Assembly (NCBI GenBank): GCA_046563655.1
Contig: CM102290.1
Coordinates: 14,570,001 to 14,634,000 of the forward strand
DNA: 64,000 nt
Source of the DNA: Yuukianura sp. NJ FZ-2021
Taxonomy: Eukaryota
Direction: 5' to 3'
Shown: one piece after another, positions 1 to 13,476 of the stretch
Numbering within the stretch: the first letter of the stretch is position 1
Layout of the letters: every line of letters starts with the position of its first letter
Made by a program: the position numbers and the translations under genes
Notes under the pieces: generated by a model
Told to the model about the DNA's origin: nothing
The model's input: the letters and a program-made list of their open reading frames with translations, nothing else
Databases searched by the model: none

Positions 1-3000
1 GAGAAAAAAACAGCAAGAAAAAAAAATAGATTATGGGGCGGCGTTCACAGCAAATTTTTGTTTACTTTTTTACGGGTTGATCCATATTATAATTGCAATA
101 AAAATTTATAAATTATGGAGGGGTATTCGCACCAAAAGTTTTTTTTATTTCTGAAATTATAATTGCAAGAAAATGTGAATAATTATGGGGAGGTATGCCA
201 TTCTCTTTTTTAGGATAAATTGGCACAGATTAATAAAAAAAATATGCTAGTTGGTTAGTAGCGTTAAAGTATGGAATGGCGTTCGTGTTACAATTTTTTG
301 TGAGTTTTAAATTTTTTAAAAGTTATTTGTAGGGTACTGTAGCTACTTTTTTGTGGATGATTTAAAAAGAAATATTTGGCGGGTGAGTATGATTGTTGTT
401 TTGAAAACAGAGGTTGAGGAATGTGTGAAGGTAGAGGTATGGAGGGGTCTCTGTGTGGCGCTAGAATTTGAAAATTAGGAGTAATGGAACCTTTAGCAGC
501 AGGAGCAGGTATCAAACGTTATTATTTGGGAGATCTTTGGATTTTTTGTGTTGATCTGCAGGAGGATTTGGTCAGTTTTCTTTTTCTTCCACTGGCACTT
601 CAATTAGTTGTCTTTTCTTTTGAGGGGCAAATGAGGAGAGATGTACCCTTAAGAGGTACCCTTGTCAAGTGGAACAAAGGACTTGGCCAAGTCCCTCCCC
701 CTTGAGATGGTCCAGGTTTTTAAGAATGATGAACTGACCCAGACAAAGCAAAATCAGTTCCTGTACCGCCGACAGAGTCTGACTCTCGGCGTCCTTAAGT
801 CCCCCCTCCCCTGCACTTTTTTGGAGAAGAAGTTGTTGTTTGGGTTAAGGTTGTGGAATCTCGGAGAAAAGCTACCAAAGTGGGTCTTAACTCCATTTAT
901 CATCTCATCTTCCCATTGTTTCCTTGTGATCTTCTCAGGTTGTGTCCCTTCCTGGGTTAAGGTTACCCTATACTTGCCCGGTTAAGGCTATACTGGAGGA
1001 ATTTTCACTCAAAAAGTACCCAGGCAACATACTTTGCACTTTTTGTGTCCTTTTTTGCACTTGCACTCTCACTGGGGTAATGTGCAACAAATTAAATTGA
1101 CCCGGTTTGAGGAATTTGGAACCTGGATCAACTTTCAGTTTTTATTCAACGGACCTGCATTTTTCCTCCTTTCTTTTCTAATAACTTTCCTTTGTTTGAG
1201 AATTTTTACATTTTTTGGCATGTACCCATCATAGTGCAACCCAAACAACAAGGTTGTTTGGGTTTCTTTAGTTTTCCTTGAGGTGGGCCAGTATTGCAAA
1301 TATTTCCCACTTTTCTGAGTGGACAAGTTTTTTGGAATTGGGTTTTTTTTATGGTAGAATTGACATTGACACTTTTCTTTTAGCTGAATTTTTGTTATTT
1401 TATGTCTGAAAAGTTCAAGGTTTTTGTGCAGAATTTGTTTTTTTTTAGCGGGTCAATGGATAGTTTGTTGACGTTTTGGTTTTGGTGTGTTTGGAGAGTG
1501 AGTGGTTGAATGTTGACGGTGGACAAGAAAGAGATGGTTGATGGAAGGTGTTAATGAGTAGAAATGATTAACAAAGCGGGAAAGTGTTAATTTATGAAAA
1601 GAAAGAAAAGAGGAAGGCATGCTGAGTGAAATATGATTTTGTAGGCTTATTGGGTGGTTTTGTTTGGGTGTGAGATATTTTGGGAAGCAGTGTCTGGCTA
1701 CTTGGGATTCTTTTTCAAAATTTCGATTCATTGTGTTGTGGAATTTGTGATGATGATGAATTAGTTGTTGGAGGTGGTAAAGTTATTGAATTCGGTTCGA
1801 CTGCACAGGAGCGGGAATTTTTTGAATTTTAGTTCCAAGGTATTTTGAGGTATTAATTAATTGAAGAAAGTCATGTTGAGCATTCCATAACTCAAACCTT
1901 TTGTAAAAACGATAATTATAGATTTAAAAGTGTGTTATTAGGGTTTTGAATTTATTTTTGAAAAAGAAAACATTGAAAAAAAGCATGTCATCTTTAAACT
2001 GTAAAAAAGGCAGAGTGTGTTGAGGGGGCGGAGATTTTGGCGGTAAAAAAAGATTTTGAAATTGAAACTCGCGCCTTTGAGGGCCCCCATTCTTCGGTTT
2101 TCACTTTCGTTTCATTGATTTATTCATTTTTAAGATTCCTTGAGGAATGAAATGATTTTTTTTTGCTTGTGATGAGTTGTGAAATTCCAGTTAATAAGAA
2201 TTGTTTGGTGGGTGGTAAAGTGGTTAACGTTTCGGTTTTTAGTGGTAGGGCTGTGGGTTCGAATTGGATTTTTGGCGGTACTTTTTTTTTCTTTGCACAA
2301 ACTTTTTTTTTCTTGGTTTTGTGTACTTAACTATTTGATTTTAGCGTTAATAATTTTTGTGATGGTGAAGGATGGAATGGGTTGTTCGGTTTGGAAGAAA
2401 GAGGAATCTGAAAGTGAAGATTTTATGATCTGTGTTCCTTTAAACATAAAAAGTTGGTAGGGATTTTTATGGGTTATTTGAGCTCTCCAAACTTTTAAAT
2501 TCTCCCGCGGTTTTCAAAGAGCTTAGGTGCTTTGCTTGTTCTAAACAAGCATTTTTTAAAACGATTTATTTTGAAATGGAATGTCACTCAAACGGCTCAT
2601 TGTTCTTCTGGACCAAACGCCTCCCCATGAATCTACATTCAATTTCAGACGTTTGCAAAAAAAAATTGAAAAAATAGTTTTAAAATATAAAATTTTGAGA
2701 AATGCTGGAATGGGAGAGTATTTTAGAACGTAGATTTTTGCACAGTTTTTGTTTGTGGATTGTACATGTGTAAAAATGGACAGCATCTGGTTGAGATGAC
2801 GCTGTTTAGCCTTGAAGTCTAATCCTTACAGTGGAAAGATGAAAATGAAAGTTCAAGATCAACTAGATTTTTGGTACGGAATTGCTCCTGAGAGGAGCAG
2901 ACAGAGAAATTGTGAGATTGCAATCTCGAGAGGTAGATTTATTTCAAATCCTTTCAGAATGATGTTAATTAGCAAAAGTAATCACGATCTGAGACACAAT

Positions 3001-6000
3001 AACAATTTTTCAAAAAAAAAGTCAAGGTAACTTTGGGTCAGTCTGGAAGTGACGAAATACGCGTGCGCCATGCAAATGCAATTTGAGATCAATTTTTTTC
3101 AACTTCTGCACATGACCTTCGCGGTTTTGATGTTTAGAGTCTTTGTCTCTTTTTTTTAATGTTATGTTGTTAAGAATTTCTTTGTGAATGGTTTCGAATT
3201 TTGCAAGTTCTCGCGAATTTGCGATTTTTCCTTTTCTTGGTAGGTGGGATTCTGAATGTGCGAATTTTTTTTTGCAAGGATTGCGAATTTTTGTGTTTGA
3301 AAAAATTTAGATTTCGTGATGTGGAAGCAACAAGTTGCAGATTTGCGGAGTCGTAAAAATTCCTTTTGCATTTGTTCAGGGAAAAGATGCTAGTTTAGTG
3401 CTTCGTAAGGGAAAAGCATAGTATAAGGGAGTGAATTCACTCTTAAGGGGGGGGGGTCTGGTTTCAGGGGGGGGGTTGTGAGTTACCCGAATTCGGGTAG
3501 TGGAAGAAATCTGGATTCCAATTGTCTTGTAAATGAGTGCGGAGCAGCTGCAATCGGGTTACGTTTTAAACCTAACGTCTAGAAAGTTGTTTAAAGTGTC
3601 AAGGGCTGAATAGAATCAGGGAGGGGGGCCTTAAGGGGGGACTTGAACAGTGAAAACCAAATCAGGGAGTAGGGATGTTGGTGACCTCATCTGCAGATTC
3701 TTCAGTGGACCATTTTCACCTGCTGATTTGAGGCTGAGGGGCCCTTAAGGTTAGGCGTCCCGTTAAGTTCACTTTAAGGGAGGGGGGACTGGGGGAGTCG
3801 CGTGCCCGGGACTTGGCACCCTTCTTCACGTGTGCCCTGGAAGTAGAAGTTACCCGGGTTCCGGAAGAGGATAAAGGAGGGGGCCCTTGGGGGGTACTTG
3901 GCCTGTGCAGAGTAAAGGGGGGGGGCCCTTGGCCTGTGCAGTAGAGATATCTTTAGAATCAGGATGTATTATTACATGACCAGGTGCTTCTTCCGCATTG
4001 AGTTTCTTTTAGAAACGGAAATGGGACCACGGGATCGAAACCCGGTTGAGGCACTTTTTTTTTCTTCCGATTGTTACTTCCGACTTCCCCTTCTTGAGAA
4101 CGTGGACGTACTTTGTAAGGCGTAAGGGACGGGGAGCCTTAAAGTCTCCAATTTTTGAACATTTGTTAGGTTAATAAAAATGAGCAAAAAAAAGTCGGGA
4201 TGATTTTTAATTTTCCTACTTCCGTAAAATTCTTAAAGAGGAATGGAACAAATATTTTTGAAAAAATTGAAAAGTTAAAAATCTAATGTTGAAAATTAAG
4301 AAAAAAAAAGGAAATTTAATTTTAGGTTTTTCTTAATCTTTGTCGAGACTAATTTTTTGTGTTTCTTGGCATATGTATTTTTTGTTTATCTTCTTTGCTA
4401 TTTTTCATTTTTTGGAGAAGATGCTTAGACCTTTGCGTATTAATTGGAGGTTTGCTTGGGAATTTGGGCCATATGCTTTTGGGTTTTGAGGATTAGTGAT
4501 TTTGGAATAAGTTTAGCTTAACTTGTGATTTTGGACTAAGTTTGGCTTAACTTTTGGTTGATGACGTGAGTTCCTTTGAGTAGAGTTGGTGGAAGTGGGT
4601 TTCTGTATGAGATCGTTTCTTTTATTTCCCTGCCTTTATTACTTGGAACACAAACATTTGGGTTTGTGAAAGTGTTGTAGACGTGGGCCTTAACATTGAC
4701 ACCAGGAGAGAAGCATTAGAATTGGAGTTAGTGTTTGGAGTTAGTGGATGGTTATTATTTATATTATGGTCTGCATGACATTCCTACCCCGAATGGCCAT
4801 GACACTCTGCTCAACCTCCAGTTTAAGGTGGGCGCAGATCCTGAGCACAGATCACGTCAGGACGGGGAACAATGAACTGTTCAATGTCATGGCATACACG
4901 TCAGTTCTGCAGGGTGTTGGCTTCCTGGGACGAAGGATTCCGCAATTTCACGCAGAATTTGGCACACGGAGTTCCATTCCGGGAGAAAAGTTGAGATAAA
5001 AGAGAGATAAAAAATCGTTGGAGATTTGGGATACAAAATTGTAGGAGATTTGGAGAAAAAATTGTCTGAGAGTTTCAGACGAGGATTGGTGGATTTGGGA
5101 GAAAAATGACAAAATTTGGCTTTAAATTTTTGTTTCGTTTTGTTTTTTGAAAATTTGTTAAAAAGTTATTATTTTTTTTAAAGGTTGGTGGAGGCTATCT
5201 ATGGTTTGTTCAAATATGAATGTTGAGCGTTTTGCGTTTTTAGTGGAGAAGAAGATTTTGCAAATTTGCAAGAGTGCTGATGTTGGGATCTGTGAAGTAT
5301 TTTTATGTTTTTTTGCAAGGCTGGGATGATGAAGTAGCTTGGGGGTTGATGAGAATGATCATGTTGTAAGTGCGTATGAATTAAAATGGGAGATGAAATT
5401 AGAGCGGGTTTTTAGTATAAGTGGAACCGTGGGAACATTTGAGCTGAAAAAGACAAAAAAATGGCGAGTGTTGAGGTACAGATCTGTGTCTGTTTTTTTG
5501 AAGGGTGTTCCAGGGTGGGCCCTTATGGCCAAAAGTGGGTCAAATTCCTCTGGGTGTCTCAAAAAGTTCAGAGTTTCGTTTGTTTTTGTTTTTGGGGGTC
5601 GAGGTCACCGGGGTCAATTTGGAAGATGAATGAAAAGCAGGATTTGTCATCGTTTTAGTGTTTTAAACACGATGTTTCTATTTGTTTTTAGAATTTTTGA
5701 CACTCTGGGTGTCAGATTAGGATTTCGAGCGGCGCTGGGTGAGTCATGTCGACGCAAGGTCAAAGGTCAACTGCTTTTTTTTCTGTTTGAGTGGGAAGAC
5801 CCCCCGGAATGACCTTCATTCCGCTTGTGTCAACAAATAAAAGTGGAAACAGGAAAGAACTTTTAAGGTTTTGTAACAAACTGTTTCTGTTTTTTTTTTC
5901 GGAAATTGAAGCTTTTTATTACAGTGAAAATTTTTATTGTATCTTTTCTGATGCAATTTTAACAGTTTTTGGTTTCTTAGTTTCTAATTTTTTTTAAAAT

Positions 6001-6353
6001 ACTCTTGGTTTTCACAATTTTTTTTTGGAAATACTTTTGATTTTCACAATTTTTTTTTCTGGAAATTCTTTTGGGTTGTATTGTTTCAAACAGATTTTTT
6101 TTTGGAATGGATTTAAAATTTTAGACAGCGGAGCATGGTTTGAGAGTTTAGAAATTTAGTTTCATCATCTTTAGTTTTTTTATGCGATTTTTAGTAGGTT
6201 TAGGCTTTTGGATATAATTTTGAGAATGTCATTTTTTCCTTGGATTTGAATTTGGCTGTTTTGTGAATGATTTGAAGTTTTATTATTTTTTACTTATTTT
6301 GTATTTTTTTTAGTTGTTGCAAATTTTGTTTTATTCTTTAATTTTTTGCGTAG

Positions 6354-9300
6354 ATTCTACGTGTGCTGTTGAGAAACCGAGTATCGTTGCCGGAGCCTGT
6401 TTTGCCGTCGTACTTAAGAAGAGCCGCCGTCTTAGTCAGGAAGTCATCGAGTCCGTCTTGAGTCAGCTCGAGGCTTTAATCAATGTCCCAGTGGTAATTT
6501 TTTACATTTTTTCAAAAATTTCTACTTTTTTTTTGAAATTTTGAACAATGGCGCTCTTGAGCTTCCCGCCTTCCGGAAGTTTCAACTCGGGGAGATTTAA
6601 ATCAACTTTTCTTCAACTTGCACAAATTTCACTTATTTTTTCTTTTTTTTTTGTTGAACCTTGCGGGATTTATACGAAAGTTTTGCTAAACTTTGAGTGA
6701 TTTTAGGGATTTACAGCAGTTAATGTTTTTGAAAAGGTTTGAAATTTTGTAAAGACTTTGGAGCCGGGGGGACACGGTTTGAGTTTTGTTGAATTCTTTG
6801 ACTTGTGGTGTTGTGACAATGGAAATTTGTTATGGACTGACTTTAACATTTACTTGACTTTAGTTGGATTTTTGTATTCTTTTGCCTCATTTTTTGTACA
6901 AAGTGAATGAGATCTCCTTCAAAAGACCTTCGTTTTCTTTTGCCTATTGTCCGTGAAGGTGACTTTTGTTTTATGCGATGTTCATCACTTCAGACCATCT
7001 TCCTATCTTCCTTTTGCAGAATCAACCAAAGAATCACTACTAACTAGTACTCGTTTCCTCCACAAAAAAAGTTACAACGGAGATTTAAAGATTTAAACAT
7101 GACTGGGGATTTAAAAAGTAAAGGCACGTGGAGACCGGAGGGAAAAGAGCCGCGAAATCGCGAATTTTTGACGCGCGAGATTTCGTCGGAATTTCATTTT
7201 TTGTTTTTGTGATTGAGAAATCAGAGTAATGAAGAGGAGGATAGATGTTTTGTCGTCTTTTTGGTGCTAATGGGATAAGTGGATTGTGAGGACACTTAAG
7301 GGCCCCTCTTTTTCTTCGTCTTGATGGTAATGGGCCCTTGATCTTTGATCTTTTGAATCTTCCAGAAGATTTAGAGAAAAGAAATTAATTTAGAAGGGAA
7401 AAAGACAAGTTGAACTTGAATTTTTCCTTTGTGGAGGAGAAGATGCTCCAATTTCAAGGGACGACGGAGGCCCTTGAAGGGACGGGAAGGAATTTGCGGC
7501 AAAAAGAGAGACTTTCCCTTTGAAGTTTTAGTGAGGAAGGGAAAATAAGTTTAGTTTTTTACGTTTTAGGTTAGGTTAAGGTTTTCGTAATCTGGGCAAG
7601 TGATCAGGAACTTACCACACCTATCAATTTACTTAACTTTTCAACTTCCAGATATCACAGGTACATTCATTCTTACCTTTTTCAAAAAAAAAAAACTTTT
7701 TTTTTTCAAAAGAATTTTTTAAGGTAAAAACGGTTTAGAATCTGTAACGGAACGTTTAGATCTCTTTCTGGATGTTTTTAACTTTCAAGGACAAAATTGT
7801 TTTTGAGTTGAAATTTTAAGTTTAAACTTTTTAAATAAGTTTTTTTTAAATTTGCTTTTGCAGTTTGGGAAATTTTTGAAATTTTGAGAACGTAAAATGT
7901 AAGATAGAAAGGAAATGGAAGAAATTGGAAGAAGTTTTCAAAATTTTGAGACCCTTGAAAACATAACCCTTTTCGATTGCACTTGAATTTTGAATTGGCG
8001 GGAGTTTTTTTTCGGAGTTTTCTCATGACCCGGGTTTTTTAAAAATGTTTGAGGTAGGACAAGGAATTGCGGTGTGTAGAAATTTTGGACTTTTTATGTT
8101 GAAGTTTAAGGGCCTCGTCGGAAAGCTTATGAAATTGAAGGACCACTTGAAATCGACTCAAGTTTTGGAATAGGTTATGGATTGTTAAGGTTATGTTCGA
8201 TTAGGCTATGTTGTTGGTTGGGGGACTTGAGTTGACCTAGGTCACGGAGTCCTTATGTACAGGAATGCAGTGAGCATGTCGGTGAATGGAAGATGATGTG
8301 AGGCTGAGTAAGTATTGTTTCTCATGTGGAAGGGAACTACGGTCCTTAAGTGGCGGTGGACCCTTAAGTGCCTAGCCTAACCTAAAGTGCATTTGGAGAG
8401 AGAAATTGAATGAATATGGAATGCTCATTAGGTTTTTGTGAATGAGTTGGATGTTGTGGGAGCCCTTAAGGCTAAGTTAAGCGTGAGTTCGTGTTAAGGG
8501 TACGAAGGGCCAAAGGTTAGCTGCTCAATTGGTAGAACAACGACAGTGGAGGTCCCTTGAGCCACTACGTTTGAATTGAAATTTGAAATAAGGCGGTCAA
8601 AGATGGGGTTAGGCTTAAGTTGGGCTAATCCTAGGATTAGGATTCCGCTTAGGCAGTGGACCAGAGTTCGTTGACCGCGAAAGACGCAGATTCATTGATG
8701 AAATTCAAAAGATGAATGAATATGGTCAGATGAATGGACGTGTCTCAACACGTCTTTACACGCATGCGTGTAGCGTGTTTCTGGAATACGCATGGACTTC
8801 CTGGATGAACGTGTTGTCTTGAGGTGAAGCGATGCGCTTGACATGTTGACATGGAGATGAGATGATCTTGTGTCAGCGTATGCGTGGGAGCGGACGGTAC
8901 TAATCAGCCTATTGTTGACATTGGACAGTGGACCACACCTTTTTCGGTGGGATTTTTTGAAAAAAGAATTTTTTTTTAAAGTTTGGTAAAGTGAATGTTT
9001 CGGGAGATTAGATTTGTGTTTCATTCATGAAAAGTGTAAGGGAGGTCAAGGGATAAGTTTTTAAGGGTCCCTGAGGTGTGGATTTCCAGTTCTGGAAATT
9101 TTACTTGACTCTTTTTTTGGAGTTTTACGGTATATTGCAAAAGGTCATGTGTCTGTCACCAAGACAAGGCGGGAGAAAATTTTTGAAAAAAAAACTGGGT
9201 TTTAGAAAAAATTGGTTCAAAAGTTCCCACGGTACAGTTTGGGATTTGATACTGGCGGTAGAGAATTTTAGGGAGAGAAAATTGTAGGATTTTTGGGTAG

Positions 9301-12300
9301 ATTTCAAGATTTTTTATTAACGATGATATTTATTTACTTTAAAAGAAAAAGGTGGGATATTTTGAAAAAGTTTTTGAAAAAACGTCTCGTGTATCCATTT
9401 TAAAAAATGAAGGTGGTCAAGTGAGCGGCGGTGTGAATCCAATGCACTTTGCTCTCTGAGAACCCCATGTCAATTCTTGTTTAGAAAAATTCTTGTTTTA
9501 AAGATTTTTGGAAAAGGGTCCCTGGGCCCTTGGTCCGTCTAAGATTCCTGACGCCGGCACCTTGCTGCGTGTGACCTGTCTGTTTGTGTCCACCCACCAA
9601 CGTTATGCAAGGTTAGTTAAGTTATGTTTTCGGTTTTGGCTTAGATTAGGCTCAAGTTCGGTGTTAAATTCGGTTAGGATTGACTTCAGTTTTAGACTCA
9701 GTTTTAGGATTAAGTCTGGCTTTGAATTCCGTTTAGGCAAGGAGAGAAGAGACAAATTGTCATTTTTTGTGACTTCCTGTTTTTTAAAAATCTTTTTGAA
9801 AATGTTCTCGGTTAATTTAGTAATTGTGGGAAGTTGAGGGCGGTAAGGGCCCAGGGGCCCTTGAAAGTGGAAGTTAAGTCTGTAAGTGACCTTTCATAAA
9901 AGTTAACACTTGTCATACATAGTAGAGAAATGTTAAAAGTTGTATAAAAGCAATTTCAATTGAGAGGAAAGAGGAGCCCTTCCAGGAAAAAGTGCCTTAA
10001 CGTCTTCTCTTTCTTGTGTTTCTTGGAACATGGGAACTTGAATCTTCTTTTGTCTCTTTCAAAAAACTAAGTCTGACCCTCCTCAAGGAAACAAAAGATT
10101 CAGAGCTCCGGGACCGCAATCTTTCGGAAAAATAAGTTTTTTGAAAAGGCTCAACAACATACGAGCGGAGTCAGTCAGTCACTTTATCAAAGTCCAGAAC
10201 TAACCACTTCCATTGTCCATTCAACCAACTCCAACTTCCGGGAATTTCAAATTTTGATTTCTTGTTCGAATTGGACTTTTGAACTTGAAAGTTGAGCTCG
10301 CTGGAGAATTTTGGAGAAAAAACGCGATTTCTTCAATTTTTAGAAGAAAGAAAAAACGCGATTTCTTGAATTTTTAGCACAGGAGCCGAATTCACTGAAT
10401 TTTAGGCGAAAGGTAGCCGATTTCTTGGAAGTTTTAGAAAAAGGAAGCAAATTCTTGAAAGTTTTAGAAAAAGGAAGCGATTTCTAGGAATTTTGGATTG
10501 AAAATTTTGGAAGCTAGTGTTTGAGTTATGAATTTTTGAAAAAGAAGGGTTAGGGGGCCCTTGGCAGTGGAATGCAGGCAGTGGTTGTTGCTGCCGACAG
10601 GAAGCTTAAGGGCTGCTGGTTGGATGCTGCTCCTATTAGGAATGTGTCATCCCATTGTACTGGAATTGGGAAGATTGGAGTATAATGGGACTTTGGGGGC
10701 CCTTTATTCTCTTATCCTTGGCTACGGTTAAGTGTTAAGTCTAATACTAGATTGCTAATAACTTCTCAAGATGTTTACAAGAAAAGGGGAGCCCTTGAGC
10801 TCCATTATTCAAAGATGCTGCTGCTAAAGGGCCCTGCAGAGTTATGACTTACGGGAGGCCCTTCATCTTCGTCACATTCTGAACAAGGCCCTTTGATCTC
10901 CAAATTCATTCTTAAAACTTTCTTGTGTGTGTTTTTGAACTGTCCCGCTTTCGGCTTGAGTTATGGCACTTGTGACCTTTTTGGCTTCCTGTCCTGTCAT
11001 TTCATGTGTAACAAGTTGACCTTCTCATAAATTCATACATTAGGTTAAGAGAAAACATAACCTAATGTGATGCAATCTAAGTTAGGCTAAGCTTAACCTA
11101 ATCCTAATGTGATTCGCTGAATGGGGTCCCAGGAAGGACCGAGATTTTGCGACTTTTCTTGAGCTATTCTCTTTTTGTGGTTTCGGCCCCAGGGTCACTT
11201 GCATTTTTTCTTTGATTTTGTTTAGATGGGAATGCCAGTGGCTTTAAATTTTAAAAATTGGGATTTTTTTAAAAATTGGAAAGTGTGGGAGATGTAAAAT
11301 CGAAATTTGAAAAAGTGGATGCAGTTTGATGTTTCTTGTGGGAAAGAATTCAGTGGGAATGGACATTATTGACTTTGAAGAGTCAATGAAAGTTTTGTAT
11401 GGAAGTTAAGTTATGTTATGTGGACTTAACAAACTGTTTGGCGATGCATTTCAAAAGGGCGGGAATTTTCAAAAAAGTTGTATTTGTTCAATTTTTGAAT
11501 TGAGAAATTTATAAGGAGTATCGTTTGAACAAGACAACATGACTTTTCTTTGACGGATCGTTTTGAGAGGCAGCCGAGAAGATGCACTTTGATTCCTCCT
11601 TTTTAAAAAATAAATTCTTGTGAGGGGCACTTGATGGTGAGCCAAGGAACTGTTTAAGGGCCCCCCAAGACTAACTTTCTTTAAAAACTTTGGTAACTTT
11701 TAAAAAAACTTGTGATGATCACGTCTTTCCAAAGTCCATTGCTGGACAAGGGAGGAGGGGGCCCTTGAGTGGGTACTTGACCCTCGGCTGGTCTTTCCTC
11801 ATAAAAATGGACATAAATACCGAGAAAATTTGAGCGGAATGATTTGAGAATTGGTTGTTTGAGAAACGGTTCGTGTTGTGACTTAAGGGAACTATTGAGG
11901 GGGGTACTTGAAAGGCCCTCCCCCCTCCCCTTCAACTTGGTGGTGGGGAGTAGGAAAGTGGTGACAATTTCAAAGTGTTGACAAGTTCATTTAAATCGGA
12001 GCTGAGAAAATGTTAATTAAGGGGGCTCAAGTTAGTAGTTCTAAGGGCCATTTGCTCTAAAGTGGCAAAAAACGAAGGGCTCATGCTCAATTTAAGGGTC
12101 TCGGGTGTCTTTTTTTTAAAGTTTGACTATTTGACGCGCCAGTGAGAGACAAAATTTCAAATTTGCTACAGCGCTACGTTAGACGAACGTTTTGCTTTGC
12201 AAATTCTGCTGCGATTCTTCTGAGATGCTTCCTCCCAAGGTTGCTATAGCAACAAAATAGTTTTCCTTTAAGAGGTCAGGCAGTCAGACTTGTTTTCGAA

Positions 12301-12886
12301 AAATCTTGAGTAAAACAATTTTTTCTACCTTTTTTTTAACCTTTTACTCCTTTTTGCCAATTCTGTCAATTCAAAAGCCATCTCTCCGAATTTTTTAATT
12401 CATTGTACAATACCAACCGCGATTGAAATTAGGGGAATTCAGTTTTGAAACTTTTTAGGAAAAAACTTAAAGCTCGAGTTATTGCCTAACCTGTTAAAGA
12501 AAAAGTATGTGTTTGTCTATCCACCTTGCTTCCTCCTGCGATTCTCCTCCTCCCACGATTGTTCAATCTAAATAATATATGTAATAATATAAATAAATGC
12601 AATACAAATATGTAAATATGTATTATAATAATGATTTTGACTTTTTGTGCAGGATGTCATGAAGGGATTGGCTGTTGAGATCAAGAACAAGCACGAGTTG
12701 TACTGGATGGAAAACTTCGGAGGCCCGGGTCCAGTTGGCCCGGGCGGGTTTCGACGTCGTCGGCCGATAACGTTGGACCGAGTGGAGCCAATGGAGGAGG
12801 ACGAGGGAGCCATGTTTGAGAAGTGGCTCTACTTCGACGACCTTGAACAAGACTCCCCTGAAAACGTCCGTGATGTGGACTTCTAA
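6354..12886 (+). CDS. CCND: Cyclin D-like protein, last two coding exons (6354-6493, 12653-12886); 5' exons not found, probably upstream of the window
   Basis: Spliced peptide (D)STCAVEKPSIVAGACFAVVLKK...LSQLEALINVPV|DVMKGLAVEIK...SPENVRDVDF* resembles the second cyclin fold (PSMIA...) and the cyclin D C-terminus (TPTDVRDVDI). AG/GT sites at 6352-53, 6494-95 and 12651-52; phases 1 and 0 match my recollection of CCND1 exon 4/5 boundaries. Confidence 0.75.
10318..10496 (+). repeat. ~30-bp minisatellite, about 6 degenerate copies, in the cyclin D intron
   Basis: Repeated gcgatttcttgaatttttagaaaaaggaa-like units. Confidence 0.75.
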
Positions 12887-13476
12887 GTGGATCCAACCAC
12901 GCAAATCAACTAAAGCACCAGTCCAGTCACAGGCTTTCTAGTTAAGTTATAACAATGTGAGCCCAACAAAACTCATTGTATAAAATACCTCAGCACGAAA
13001 AACAGAAGACTTTTATAATTTGTCCTAAATAACTGTTAAATTAATGTGACAAGGGAGTTGGGCAACTTCAGTTGACCAACTCCTACTTTTTTATAATCTA
13101 CAACCATGTTAAGATGGATCGTACATGTATTATTCTAATTCCTTACTACTGCAAATTACCTCTACATCGTAAAACGTAAAAGCCTGAAAAATTAACTAAG
13201 TTCACTTAAATAATTAGACTGTACTTTGTTAATTGTTTAAATAATTAAGTTCATTGGTTAAATAATTTAAGACAGTCAAACACTACAACATTCGACGACC
13301 CGTTTTTTGTATAAGGGAAAACAATAGTAAAGATTATCAAAAACTTTATAAAAAGGGGAACTGGATGTATACGCTTCAAGTTTAAATAAACCAAACAAAA
13401 CTTATTTTTTATCAACACTCAACTTCGGTCTCACTTTATTCAAAAACTAACTTTTTCAACTTTGACCTTTGACTTT

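Noticed and set aside
4748..4999. GC-balanced island with an 83-aa ORF
   Set aside because: No recognisable protein in the frames I read and no convincing splice pair; possibly a transposon fragment.
288..6000. Many 60-110-aa ORFs in the track
   Set aside because: F/L/K-rich translations of low-complexity T-rich DNA with no recognisable motif; cyclin D exons 1-3 were not found among them.
8515..8540. tRNA D-loop-like gctcaattggtagaac
   Set aside because: No B-box or cloverleaf follows.
8757..8772. Perfect 16-bp palindrome tacacgcatgcgtgta
   Set aside because: One or two palindromes of this length are expected by chance in 64 kb.
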